A stretch of DNA of 64,000 nt from Deltaproteobacteria bacterium. Lineage in GTDB: Bacteria; Desulfobacterota_D; UBA1144; Nemesobacterales; Nemesobacteraceae. Numbering within the stretch: the stretch's first letter is position 1; the number at the start of each line of letters is the position of its first letter. The DNA lies in NCBI GenBank assembly GCA_029262295.1, contig JAJCZR010000068.1, positions 9,749-73,748 on the forward strand. The letters are read 5' to 3'. The notes below the pieces were generated by a model. It did not search any database. It saw nothing but the letters and a program-made list of their open reading frames with translations, and was not told the origin of the DNA. This document shows positions 27,099-37,058 of the stretch, piece by piece. The position numbers were made by a program, and so were the translations under genes.

Positions 27099-28246
27099 TG
27101 GAAAAAATATATCTCGATTACAACGCCACAACACCTCTTGATCCCCGGGTCTTTGATGCAATGATTCCATACTTAAAAACCAATTATGGTAATCCATCAA
27201 GTATTCACTCTTATGGAAATATTGCTAAAGCAGCACTTGATGAATCAAGAGAGCGAGTTGCAGAATTTATTGGTTCCAAGCCACGAGAAATAGTATTTAC
27301 TACTGGTGGAAGTGAAAGCAACAACTTTGCTATTAAAGGCGTGGCATATTCTTTGAAAGAGAAGGGCAACCATCTGATTACTGTTGAAACCGAACATGCA
27401 TCCTGTCTTGAGGTATTCAGATTCTTAGAAAAACAAGGTTTTGAGGTTACCTATCTTCCGGTTGATAGCTTTGGTTTAATTGATTTAGATGAGCTGGCTG
27501 ATTCTGTTACGGATAAAACAATATTAATATCCTGTATGTATGTAAACAATGAGACAGGTGTAATAAACCCAATTTCGAAAGTTGGTGAAATTGCAAGAGA
27601 AAAAGGTGTGCTCTTTCACTCTGATATGGTGCAGGCAGCAGGAAAGATGGAGGTTGATCTTTCAGAGTTGTCTGTTGATTTAGCATCTTTTTCTTCACAT
27701 AAGGTTTATGGTCCTAAAGGAGTTGGTGCATTATATATAAAAAAAGGTGTCAACCTGGATTCTCTAATTCATGGTGGTGGACAGGAGCGTGGAAGAAGAT
27801 CAGGCACTGAAAATGTTGCAGGAATATTTGGATTTGGAAATGCCTGTGAGTTTACAAAAAAGGAATTTAAAGAAGAACAAGACAGGCTATTAGGTCTGAG
27901 GGAACTTCTTTCTGAAAATATATCAAAGGTAGAAGGAACTTACCTGAATGGCCATCCTGACCTCAGAGTTTCAAACACTTTAAATATTGGATTTGAAGAT
28001 ATTGAGGGTGAATCCCTTGTTATGAACCTTGATCTTGAAGGAATCGCAGTTTCAACTGGTTCTGCCTGCTCTGAAGGAAATGTTGATCCCTCACATGTAC
28101 TTTTGGCTATGGGTCTTCAAAAGAAAGAGGCAATCTCGTCATTGAGGATCAGTTTTGGAAGGTTTACAAAGAAAGAGGAAATCGAAAAAATTATACATGC
28201 TCTACCAAAAGTGGTTGAAAGAATAAGAGGTATAAAAGAGTTTTAG
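27098..28246 (+). CDS. Cysteine desulfurase, NifS/IscS family (second, divergent paralog)
   Basis: 382 aa. SFSSHKVYGPKGVGALYIKKG. Active-site loop STGSACSEGNVDPSHVLLAMG. Confidence 0.85.
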   Translation: MEKIYLDYNATTPLDPRVFDAMIPYLKTNYGNPSSIHSYGNIAKAALDESRERVAEFIGSKPREIVFTTGGSESNNFAIKGVAYSLKEKGNHLITVETEHASCLEVFRFLEKQGFEVTYLPVDSFGLIDLDELADSVTDKTILISCMYVNNETGVINPISKVGEIAREKGVLFHSDMVQAAGKMEVDLSELSVDLASFSSHKVYGPKGVGALYIKKGVNLDSLIHGGGQERGRRSGTENVAGIFGFGNACEFTKKEFKEEQDRLLGLRELLSENISKVEGTYLNGHPDLRVSNTLNIGFEDIEGESLVMNLDLEGIAVSTGSACSEGNVDPSHVLLAMGLQKKEAISSLRISFGRFTKKEEIEKIIHALPKVVERIRGIKEF

Positions 28247-28259
28247 TTTGGAAAAAACC

Positions 28260-29003
28260 TCAGCGGCAAATAAGTGTGTTTTTACTATCAATATGAAAGT
28301 GATTTGCGTGAAGTGAATTATATTCCGGGCCAAGAACTGTTCCAAAGAATTTGCAAGCTCCATCTTTAAATTGAAATAAAAAATCAGATTTTTCCGCCTC
28401 ATTCTCATTATCCCAGTGTTTTAAAACTGAGACTGTTCTTCCATCACTCAGCTTTAAACCTGCAATATCTAAAGCGGAAGCAGTTGCGTGCTCACTCTTT
28501 TTGCCAACAACGCTATTGTTGATATTACGGCAAGCAAAGCTTCCATAGTGATTGATTTTATCTACTGATTTTCCAAATACTTCTTTTGCCAGTGGTTGTA
28601 GGCTTTGTTGTTCAAACATAAGCCATGCAACAGTAAGCGGGCAGCTCAAAATAAACTCTCTATTGAATTTTACTCCCGTGTTTTTTATTTTAATAACATT
28701 GGTTAAAGGGCATCCTTCAACAGGGGTGTAATCTCGAAGGGATTTGTAGTTAATGTCTTTTGGATAAACTTCAGACAGTATTTGAAGGCACTCATCCGGA
28801 TTTTGCTTTAGGTTATTTAACTTCCATTTTGTAATAAGGTTTATCGGCTGGTTAATTGTGAGAGGTGCCCAGGGATTCCAGTGAGGAGGTATTTTAGACC
28901 AGTTGTGTTTTATGATAAGTGTGAGGAATGAAAAAGTGGCTATAAACAAAAGCATAATAGTTAATTTCCAGATCTTCCCTTTTTTATTCATCTGCAAAGT
29001 CAT
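28260..29003 (-). CDS. Extensin-like C-terminal domain protein (membrane-anchored)
   Basis: 247 aa. N-terminal TM. LSCPLTVAW ... SFACRNINNSVVGKKSEHATASALDIAGL ... NHFHID matches the extensin-like_C (COG3921) pattern. Confidence 0.55.
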   Translation of the reverse strand: MTLQMNKKGKIWKLTIMLLFIATFSFLTLIIKHNWSKIPPHWNPWAPLTINQPINLITKWKLNNLKQNPDECLQILSEVYPKDINYKSLRDYTPVEGCPLTNVIKIKNTGVKFNREFILSCPLTVAWLMFEQQSLQPLAKEVFGKSVDKINHYGSFACRNINNSVVGKKSEHATASALDIAGLKLSDGRTVSVLKHWDNENEAEKSDFLFQFKDGACKFFGTVLGPEYNSLHANHFHIDSKNTLICR

Positions 29004-29159
29004 TTCTAAATTTGTTGCTTTGAATCTTTTGCATCTCTGCCAGTTCTCTGCAAGGGTAAATACTTAAACTCTTTGTGTTATGCCATTGTTGCTTTTAAGT
29101 TTTACAAACGAAGTATTGCTAAAATAATATCTAATTGACTCAACCTAATTTATCTTTAT

Positions 29160-29405
29160 TTACAACCACTCCCACTCATTTTCATCAAACTTATTTTGAA
29201 TGTAAACATTAGTTTCTTTTCCCATTTTTTTAAACTTTTTATTCCATCCATCTCTAGGGTTATTGCTCTTTGAAATTACTACCTTTTTATTTACGACCTC
29301 AATATCCAGTTGATTTTCAATTTCGCATTGCTTGATTATAGAATTTGGAATTATAATCCCTTTTGAGTTACCAATATCTATAAGTTTAATTTTCATTTTA
29401 TACAC
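29160..29405 (-). CDS. MazE/AbrB/SpoVT-type DNA-binding protein (orphan antitoxin-like)
   Basis: 81 aa. KLIDIGNSKGIIIPNSIIKQCEIENQLDIEVVNKKVVI resembles the MazE swapped-hairpin fold. The C-terminus FDENEWEWL resembles the MazE tail. No mazF-like partner adjacent. Confidence 0.55.
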   Translation of the reverse strand: MYKMKIKLIDIGNSKGIIIPNSIIKQCEIENQLDIEVVNKKVVISKSNNPRDGWNKKFKKMGKETNVYIQNKFDENEWEWL

Positions 29406-29436
29406 TTTTATTGTTTAACTTGTCTTGTCAATAATT

Positions 29437-30477
29437 TTATGGATAAAGAGGTAGGCCATTAATCCCAGTTGTTTCAGGTAAATCAAGCATAATGTTCATA
29501 TTTTGGATTGCCTGGCCTGATGCGCCTTTAACAAGATTATCAATAGCTGAGATGATAATTGCGGTTTTATTCTCAGGGTTTGATTTAACACCTATATCAC
29601 AGAAATTAGAGCCTCGAACATAAGATGTATTGGGATACTTTCCTTCAGGATAAATCCTGATAAAATGAGAGTTTTTATAAAAATCCTCATAAACTTTAAT
29701 TAGATCGGAAGTTGTCTGCTTTTCTTTCAGATTTACATATATAGTTGATAAAATTCCCCTATCTATCGGAATAAGATGAGGGGTGAAAGTCACGTTTACA
29801 TCAAAACCAGTATAATCCGAAAGCTGCTGCTCAATTTCAGGGCAATGACGGTGCTCTCCTACCTTATATGCTTTAAATCCTTCGTTAACTTCAGAAAAAT
29901 GAGTATCAAGAGATGGCGAACGGCCTGCTCCCGTTACTCCTGATTTTGAATCAATAATAATATTGTCTTCATTAATAACCCCGCTTTTTAGTAAAGGAGC
30001 GAGAGGCAGAATTGCTGATGTGGGATAACAGCCCGGGTTTGCCACAAGTTTTGCAGTGGCAATTTGCTCTTTATTGAGTTCAGATATTCCATATACAGCA
30101 TTATCAAGCAGTTCTGTACAAGGATGATCTCCATACCAATCTTTATAATTTTTAGCATTAAGCCTGAAATCAGCGCCAAGATCGATAATTTTTATATCCC
30201 TTTTATAGATTTTATTAATGATTTCAGCGGAAGCACCGTGAGGTAGTGCTGCAAAAACAACATCAGTGTCTTCTGGGATATTTGATGGAGCAAGTTGTTC
30301 AAGTTTTAAATTAATAGAATTATTCAAATGAGGAAAAACCTCAGAAATTTCCTTATTTGCATGTTTTGATGCGGTAATATGGTTTATAATTGTGTTTGGA
30401 TGTTGATGAAGTAACCTTATCAGTTCACTGCCGGTGTAGCCACTCGCACCTAGTATCGATACCTTGTATTTATGCAT
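29437..30477 (-). CDS. argC: N-acetyl-gamma-glutamyl-phosphate reductase
   Basis: 346 aa. Rossmann N-terminus ILGASGYTGSELIRLL. Catalytic Cys motif ANPGCYPTS. Confidence 0.9.
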   Translation of the reverse strand: MHKYKVSILGASGYTGSELIRLLHQHPNTIINHITASKHANKEISEVFPHLNNSINLKLEQLAPSNIPEDTDVVFAALPHGASAEIINKIYKRDIKIIDLGADFRLNAKNYKDWYGDHPCTELLDNAVYGISELNKEQIATAKLVANPGCYPTSAILPLAPLLKSGVINEDNIIIDSKSGVTGAGRSPSLDTHFSEVNEGFKAYKVGEHRHCPEIEQQLSDYTGFDVNVTFTPHLIPIDRGILSTIYVNLKEKQTTSDLIKVYEDFYKNSHFIRIYPEGKYPNTSYVRGSNFCDIGVKSNPENKTAIIISAIDNLVKGASGQAIQNMNIMLDLPETTGINGLPLYP

Positions 30478-30614
30478 GTTTGAACCATATCTGGAAATAA
30501 AAAAAAAGACAATATTCCAAATATTTTACACCCTTTTAGTTGCTTCCTTGACTAATAATAAGCAGAGGGTAGCTTAAATTTTAATTTTGTATATTTGTAA
30601 ATTTTGGAGGTTCA

Positions 30615-31622
30615 TTGATGTCAATCAAAGTTGGAATAAATGGTTTTGGAAGAATCGGGAGACATATACTTAGAATAGCGCTTGATAGAAAAGATGTTGA
30701 GGTTGTCGGTGTTAATGATATTACTGATGCAGCCACTATGGCCCATCTTTTTAAATATGATTCAGTTTTTGGAAAATATAAAGAAGATGTTGTTTGTGAA
30801 GGTGAGAATATAGTAGTTGGTGAAAAAACAATAAAGGTATTCTCTGAAAGAGAGCCAAAAAATATTCCCTGGGATGATCTGGGTGCTGATATTGTAGCAG
30901 AATCCACAGGAGTATTCAGAACAAAAAAGACTGCCTCTGCACATCTTGGTGGAAGTGTAAAAAAAGTAATTATTACAGCTCCTTCAGGAGATATTGACTT
31001 AACAGTAGTTATGGGAATAAATGAGCAAGATTATGATCCTTCGAATCATCATATAATCTCAAATGCTTCATGTACAACCAACTGTTTTAGTATGCTTGTT
31101 AAAGTTCTTCACGATAATTTTGTTATAACCCGTGGGGATATGACTACTGTACATTCCTACACAAGCGATCAAAGATTACTTGATGCTCCACATAAGGATT
31201 TAAGAAGGGCCAGGTCAGCGGCATTATCAATTATTCCTACAAGCACCGGAGCTGCTGATGCAATAGTAAAAGTATTTCCCGAACTCAAAGGTAAACTTAC
31301 TGCAATTGCACTTCGCGTGCCAACGCCTAATGTTTCTCTTGTGGATTTTTCCTGCGAAGTTGAAAAAAATACAACTCCTGAAGAAATAAATTCCAAGTTT
31401 AAAGAAGCTTCGAAGGGTAACTTAAAAGGATTTCTGGGCTATCTTGAAGATGAAGTAGTATCCTCTGACCTTATTGGTGATTCAAATTCTGCTTCATTTG
31501 ATCCATTTTTAACATCGGTTGTTGAAGGCAATTTGGTTAAAGCAATTGCCTGGTATGACAATGAGTATGGCTACACTTCAAGAGTTGTTGATCTCATAGG
31601 ACATGTTGGGGGGAAGCTTTGA
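30615..31622 (+). CDS. gap: Glyceraldehyde-3-phosphate dehydrogenase
   Basis: 335 aa. INGFGRIGR; active-site ASCTTNC. Confidence 0.95.
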   Translation: MMSIKVGINGFGRIGRHILRIALDRKDVEVVGVNDITDAATMAHLFKYDSVFGKYKEDVVCEGENIVVGEKTIKVFSEREPKNIPWDDLGADIVAESTGVFRTKKTASAHLGGSVKKVIITAPSGDIDLTVVMGINEQDYDPSNHHIISNASCTTNCFSMLVKVLHDNFVITRGDMTTVHSYTSDQRLLDAPHKDLRRARSAALSIIPTSTGAADAIVKVFPELKGKLTAIALRVPTPNVSLVDFSCEVEKNTTPEEINSKFKEASKGNLKGFLGYLEDEVVSSDLIGDSNSASFDPFLTSVVEGNLVKAIAWYDNEYGYTSRVVDLIGHVGGKL

Positions 31623-32815
31623 GCACAAAGCTGTCAATAACTGATCTTCCTGATTCAGAATATAAAGGTAAAAGGGTTTTTGTAAGGGTTGATTTTAATG
31701 TTCCGATAAAAGATGGAAATATCAGCGAAGATTACAGAATTAGACAAGCCATTCCGACCATTGATTATCTTATAGAAAAAGGTGCAAAAGTGATTGTGGC
31801 ATCTCATCTTGGAAGGCCCAAAGGAAGGAATATTCCAGGGTTCTCTCTCAAACCTGTTGCTGAAAGGTTAAACGAAATATTAGATATAGAAGTGAATTTT
31901 CCTGGAGAAGTGTTTAGCGACAAAGTGAGAAATGCAGCAAATAACCTCAATGAAGGTGAGGTCATGCTGCTCGAAAACTTAAGATTTCACAAGGAAGAGA
32001 CAGATAATGATGAAGAGTTTGCAGAAAATTTGGCTTCATTAGCTGATATTTATGTTAATGATGCTTTTGGTACCTGCCACAGGGCACATGCCTCCACTTA
32101 TGGAATGGCAAAATATTTTGATAAAAGGCTAGCAGGTTTTGTTATTAGTAAAGAACTTGAATTTCTGGGAGCACTCCTTCAGAATCCAGATAGGCCGTAT
32201 CTTGTGATTGTGGGTGGGGCCAAGATAAAAGATAAGATTAATGCATTAAAAAATCTTTTAGAAACAGCAGATAAAGTTTTAATAGGCGGCTGTGTTGCCT
32301 ATACTTTTCTTGCAGCAAAAGGAGTAAAAGTGGGTAAGTCACTTGTTGAAAAAGAGATGATCCCCTGGGCAAAAGAGGCACTAAAAAATTATAGTGATAA
32401 AATTGAGTTACCCATAGACCATGTTGTTGCAGACAGCGTAGAAAATAGCAGGGTGATGATGGTAGTTGATAGAGAAATTCCGGAAGACCTGATGGGCTTT
32501 GATATTGGTCCTAAAACAGTTTCTAACTTTAATTCTCATATAAAGGGAAATGGCACAGTTTTTTGGAATGGACCAATGGGGCTTTTTGAAATGAACGATT
32601 TTTCAAATGGCACCTCGTCTATAGCAAGATCGGTTGCACTTGCCACTTGGAGAGGTGCCACAACAGTTGTTGGAGGAGGAGATAGTACTTCAGCGCTTAG
32701 AAGGGCAGAAGTGCTTATTTCCGAAATAAAACATGTTTCCACAGGTGGAGGGGCATCACTTGAGTTTCTAGGCGGGGATGAACTTCCGGGGATCTCTGTT
32801 TTAAGTGACAAATAA
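31619..32815 (+). CDS. pgk: Phosphoglycerate kinase
   Basis: 398 aa. RVDFNVP; ASHLGRPKG; GGGDS motifs. Overlaps gap by 4 nt. Confidence 0.95.
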   Translation: MSTKLSITDLPDSEYKGKRVFVRVDFNVPIKDGNISEDYRIRQAIPTIDYLIEKGAKVIVASHLGRPKGRNIPGFSLKPVAERLNEILDIEVNFPGEVFSDKVRNAANNLNEGEVMLLENLRFHKEETDNDEEFAENLASLADIYVNDAFGTCHRAHASTYGMAKYFDKRLAGFVISKELEFLGALLQNPDRPYLVIVGGAKIKDKINALKNLLETADKVLIGGCVAYTFLAAKGVKVGKSLVEKEMIPWAKEALKNYSDKIELPIDHVVADSVENSRVMMVVDREIPEDLMGFDIGPKTVSNFNSHIKGNGTVFWNGPMGLFEMNDFSNGTSSIARSVALATWRGATTVVGGGDSTSALRRAEVLISEIKHVSTGGGASLEFLGGDELPGISVLSDK

Positions 32816-32834
32816 ATAACTAAAGGGGAAAAAT

Positions 32835-33908
32835 ATGACAATTAAAGAAATTAAAGGAATAAAAGATATTGAAGAAACTCTTGGAAAAGAGGCAAAATAC
32901 TTTTTAAGTCATAATAGTAAGACAATAAATAAAAATGATTTACATCTTCCTGGCCCGAATTACATTGATGATATTTTCATTCAGACAGACAGGCCAACTC
33001 CAGTACTAAGAAATTTGCAATCACTTTTTGATCATGGCAGATTAGCTGGCACAGGTTACCTTTCAATTCTTCCAATAGATCAGGGAATTGAACATTCAGC
33101 AGGAGCTTCTTTTGCCCCAAACCCTATTTATTTTGATCCTGAAAACATAGTTAAGCTTGCAATTGAGGGTGGTTGTAATGCTGTGGCTTCCACACTTGGA
33201 GTATTAGGTTCGGTTGCAAGAAAATATGCACATAGAATTCCTTTTATAGTAAAAATAAATCATAACGAACTTCTTTCATATCCAAATACACATGATCAAA
33301 TAATGTTTGCAAGTATTGATCAGGCATTTCAAATGGGTGCTGTGGCAGTGGGTGCAACTATTTATTTTGGCTCTGAAGAAAGCGGCCGCCAGATTCAGGA
33401 AATATCAGAAGCATTTCACTATGCTCATGGTCTTGGTTTAGCAACGATACTCTGGGCTTATCTAAGAAACCCTGCCTTTTCCACAAAAGAAAAAGATTAT
33501 CATCTTGCCGCTGATCTGACAGGGCAGGCAAATCATCTTTCTGCCACAATAGAAGCCGATATAGTGAAACAAAAACAGCCTATAAATAATGGTGGTTATA
33601 ATGCAATAAAGTTTGGAAAGACCCATCCCAAAGTTTATTCAAAACTTACTTCAGACCATCCAATTGACCTTACACGTTATCAACTTGCAAATTGTTATAT
33701 GGGTAGGGCAGGGCTTATTAATTCTGGTGGAGCTTCAGGCGATAATGATCTCGAGGATGCTGTTAGGACTGCTGTAATAAACAAAAGGGCAGGTGGCATG
33801 GGACTTATTTCAGGCAGAAAATCATTTCAACGTCCAATGAAAGATGGAATTGCACTACTTAATTCTATTCAAAATGTTTATCTTGAAAAAGAGGTTAGTG
33901 TAGCTTAG
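32835..33908 (+). CDS. fbaB: Class I fructose-bisphosphate aldolase (FbaB/DhnA type)
   Basis: 357 aa. [11 protein letters not shown]...[68 protein letters not shown] is near-identical in pattern to E. coli FbaB. Confidence 0.85.
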   Translation: MTIKEIKGIKDIEETLGKEAKYFLSHNSKTINKNDLHLPGPNYIDDIFIQTDRPTPVLRNLQSLFDHGRLAGTGYLSILPIDQGIEHSAGASFAPNPIYFDPENIVKLAIEGGCNAVASTLGVLGSVARKYAHRIPFIVKINHNELLSYPNTHDQIMFASIDQAFQMGAVAVGATIYFGSEESGRQIQEISEAFHYAHGLGLATILWAYLRNPAFSTKEKDYHLAADLTGQANHLSATIEADIVKQKQPINNGGYNAIKFGKTHPKVYSKLTSDHPIDLTRYQLANCYMGRAGLINSGGASGDNDLEDAVRTAVINKRAGGMGLISGRKSFQRPMKDGIALLNSIQNVYLEKEVSVA

Positions 33909-34922
33909 TTATTCATTAACAAAATTTAAAACCCTGTTTACCATATTGTATGAGCCAATATAGATAGAGACTCTTTGATGAATATCCTTTGGTTCAATGT
34001 CCAGAATTCTTTTCGTTCCACTGGATGCTACTCCTCCTGCTTGTTCAACAATATAGGCAAGAGGGTTACATTCATAAAGTAATCTCAGCTTTCCTTCAGG
34101 AGCGTCATCTGTTGGTGGGTACATGAATATCCCCCCTTTTAGAATACTTCTATGAATATCGGCTACCATTGAACCCACATACCTCATTGAATAAGGCCTT
34201 CCTGTTTCGGGATCAACTTCATTACAGTAATCCAGATATTTTTTTACTCCTGGTGACAGAAATCTTGCGTAATTACCAAAATTTATTGAATAGGTATTTC
34301 CCTGTTGAGGCATCTGGATATTTTCGTGTGAAAGGCAAAACTCACCGATTGAAGGGTCAAGGGTAAATCCATTTACACCTCTTCCAGTAGTATAAACAAG
34401 CATCGTAGATGAGCCGTAAATCACGTAACCGGCAGCTGCCTGATTTATACCACTTTGAAGAAAATCTTCCATAGTGCACTTTGAGTTTGGATCAGATTTT
34501 CTTCTATATATGGAAAAAATTGTGCCTACCGAAACATTCACATCAATATTGGATGATCCATCGAGAGGATCCATGGCAATTATATACTTTGAGCTTATTG
34601 AGTTTTTATGATCAAAGATTATAGGTTCTTCATTTTCTTCTGAGACAACACCTGCACATTCTCCATCAAGCTCAAGGGCATTTAAAAATTTTTCGTTAGC
34701 ATAGCTATCAAGTTTTTGAACTTCCTCACCCTGCACATTAGTATTTCCCGTTTTTCCAAGGATATTCCTTATGAGTCCAGCCTTGTTTACTTCCCTATGG
34801 ACAATTTTTGCAGCAAAGCCAATATCTCTAAGAAGCCTCGACAATTCTCCTGTGGAATAAGGAAAATCAGCCTGTTTTTTGATTATAAATTCATCAAGAG
34901 TTGTAATTCCAGATACATTCAC
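33909..34922 (-). CDS. fbp: Fructose-1,6-bisphosphatase class 1
   Basis: 337 aa. [15 protein letters not shown]; [15 protein letters not shown]; metal-binding DPLDGSSN. Confidence 0.9.
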   Translation of the reverse strand: MNVSGITTLDEFIIKKQADFPYSTGELSRLLRDIGFAAKIVHREVNKAGLIRNILGKTGNTNVQGEEVQKLDSYANEKFLNALELDGECAGVVSEENEEPIIFDHKNSISSKYIIAMDPLDGSSNIDVNVSVGTIFSIYRRKSDPNSKCTMEDFLQSGINQAAAGYVIYGSSTMLVYTTGRGVNGFTLDPSIGEFCLSHENIQMPQQGNTYSINFGNYARFLSPGVKKYLDYCNEVDPETGRPYSMRYVGSMVADIHRSILKGGIFMYPPTDDAPEGKLRLLYECNPLAYIVEQAGGVASSGTKRILDIEPKDIHQRVSIYIGSYNMVNRVLNFVNE

Positions 34923-34963
34923 AGATATATAATTTAACCGAATTTAGTTATTTGATAAAAAGT

Positions 34964-35491
34964 TTAGGATTCGTTGGAATCAGGTGCTTTTCTTTCAGAT
35001 TTTTTAAAAAATGATTTTATATCTTCAGGAATATTCTCATCAATTTTCTCATAACCTTTTTTTACATACGGAAGCACTTTGGAGTCTATAATTAAAGGAT
35101 CATCCAGGTTTATAAAGAAAGTTAATCCTGCAATAGCAAAATGCGAAAAAATAATTCCCATAATTATTCCAAGAAAACCGCCAGCCAGCCTGTTTACCCA
35201 ACCAAGCATAAGTTTGCCTATCATCTTTGTTAGAAACCATGCAATTATCTGTATCAAAATATAGTAAGAAACTGCAATTGCTATAAAACCCATCACTGCT
35301 GCCACTGATTTATCATCTGTGAGGTCATACTTTAATATTTGCACAGCTGCAATATTGTAAAAGATAAAGCCTACAATTATCCCACCAACAATAGCTATAA
35401 AAGAGAAAAGCTGCTTTATAAGCCCTCTCCATATCCCAATTAAAAAGAATAAGGATATTATTGCAATAAGTATGATGTCGAGAATGTTCAA
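34964..35491 (-). CDS. cvpA: CvpA family membrane protein
   Basis: 175 aa, 4 TM. N-terminus MNILDIILIAIISLFFLIGIWRGLIKQLFSF. Confidence 0.7.
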   Translation of the reverse strand: MNILDIILIAIISLFFLIGIWRGLIKQLFSFIAIVGGIIVGFIFYNIAAVQILKYDLTDDKSVAAVMGFIAIAVSYYILIQIIAWFLTKMIGKLMLGWVNRLAGGFLGIIMGIIFSHFAIAGLTFFINLDDPLIIDSKVLPYVKKGYEKIDENIPEDIKSFFKKSERKAPDSNES

Positions 35492-35604
35492 TTTAGCTCC
35501 TTAAATAAGTGACTTCTTAAAACTCAGTATGGTATGACATTTTATCGTAATGTAACACTTCCTCAAAGTTTTGACATATTTATACCTTCAGATACCTTAT
35601 CGAC

Positions 35605-36588
35605 TTGATGAACCTGAGTGAAATTTTAAGCGTAATTTCAAGCGATTTAAGTGGAGTGGAAGACAGGATTGAAAAGGAAATTCAATCTGATATTCCTCTT
35701 GTTTATGAAATATCAAAATATCTTCTTGGAAGTGGTGGTAAAAGGTTAAGGCCATCTGTATTACTTCTTTCGAGTGGTGCCTGCGGGCTTTTGGAGGGTG
35801 AGAACAGAGTTGCTGCCGCTACTGCGCTTGAACTTATTCATACTGCCACACTTCTTCATGATGATGTTGTGGATGATGCAACACTCAGGAGGGGAAAGAC
35901 TTCTTCTAACGTTCGTTGGGGAAATAAACCAACAGTACTTGTTGGAGATTTTATGCTTGCAAAAGCGCTTAGTCTACTTCAAAGTTGCGGAAATCTGGAG
36001 CTTATAAAGGCAGTTACAGATGCTTCGGCAAAACTTGCTGAGGGGCAGGTGTTGGAAGTAATGAGTGGAAAAAATATGGTGGACGTTTCTGAAGATATAT
36101 GTTTTTCAATTATAGATCACAAGACTGCATCTTTAATAGAAAGTTGTGGAAAAGTTGGGGCACTTCTTTCTAACGCCGGAAATGGTTCAGTAAAGGCACT
36201 TTCTGAATATGGCCAGAATATAGGCATTGCGTTTCAGTTAATAGATGATGCTCTTGATTATACATCAAGTGAAAAAGAATTTGGTAAACAGGTTGGCCAT
36301 GATCTTTTAGAGCGAAAGATGACACTTCCTCTTTATTATTCATTGGAAAAAGCCCCTCAATCAACAAGGAGAAATGCAAGGGCAATACTTGAAAAAGACA
36401 GCTTTGAGAACTCAGAGGTTGAGGAGCTAAGAGCAATTGTGGATAAATTTAATGGCGTGAAAATTACTTATAACGTTGCTTCTGATTTTATAAAAAAAGC
36501 AAAAAGCTCAATAAAAATAATTCCTGAAAACAGCTACAAAGATTCTCTGAATAAACTTGCCGATTATGTTGTGGACAGAAATTTTTGA
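35605..36588 (+). CDS. ispB: Polyprenyl diphosphate synthase (octaprenyl/heptaprenyl, IspB-like)
   Basis: 327 aa. First DDxxD (LLHDDVVDD) and second (FQLIDDALD) aspartate-rich motifs. Confidence 0.85.
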   Translation: MMNLSEILSVISSDLSGVEDRIEKEIQSDIPLVYEISKYLLGSGGKRLRPSVLLLSSGACGLLEGENRVAAATALELIHTATLLHDDVVDDATLRRGKTSSNVRWGNKPTVLVGDFMLAKALSLLQSCGNLELIKAVTDASAKLAEGQVLEVMSGKNMVDVSEDICFSIIDHKTASLIESCGKVGALLSNAGNGSVKALSEYGQNIGIAFQLIDDALDYTSSEKEFGKQVGHDLLERKMTLPLYYSLEKAPQSTRRNARAILEKDSFENSEVEELRAIVDKFNGVKITYNVASDFIKKAKSSIKIIPENSYKDSLNKLADYVVDRNF

Positions 36589-37046
36589 AAGTAATCATCT
36601 AAATTTATAAACATCACAAGCGCATCTTCTTTTGTAGTTTGATAATAGTTTTTCCTGACTCTGAGGGCTTCAAAACCTATTTTTTTATATAGATTTATTG
36701 CACTTTCATTGCTGACCCTTACTTCGAGTATTGCATTTTTTGCCCCTTTTTCTTTATAGAAATAAAAAGCATCTTCAAGCAAATATTTTGCTATCCCTTT
36801 TCTTCTATGGTTCTCGTGTACAGCAACTTTAAATATATGAAGTTCATCAAATATTAGATTTGAAATGCAGTATCCTGCAACAATATCCTCCTGTAGCGCA
36901 ATTCTGCAAAAAGATTTCCCTTTTTCAATTTCAGCCAGGAATATTTGTTTAGGCCAGGGCGTTTTGAATGAAGAGTTTTCAATGTCTACGACCTTATCAA
37001 CCTGTTTAGTATTAAGCTGTTCAATAAAAATACTGTTGTTCTCCAT
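36564..37046 (-). CDS. rimI: GNAT N-acetyltransferase, RimI-like
   Basis: 160 aa. VHENHRRKGIAKYLL matches the acetyl-CoA-binding motif. Confidence 0.65.
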   Translation of the reverse strand: MENNSIFIEQLNTKQVDKVVDIENSSFKTPWPKQIFLAEIEKGKSFCRIALQEDIVAGYCISNLIFDELHIFKVAVHENHRRKGIAKYLLEDAFYFYKEKGAKNAILEVRVSNESAINLYKKIGFEALRVRKNYYQTTKEDALVMFINLDDYFQKFLSTT

Positions 37047-37058
37047 ATCATAAGGGAC

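Noticed and set aside
22414-28246. Two NifS-type desulfurases as a recent inverted duplication bounding an island
   Set aside because: The proteins are highly divergent outside the family motifs, so they are ancient paralogs, not a recent duplication.
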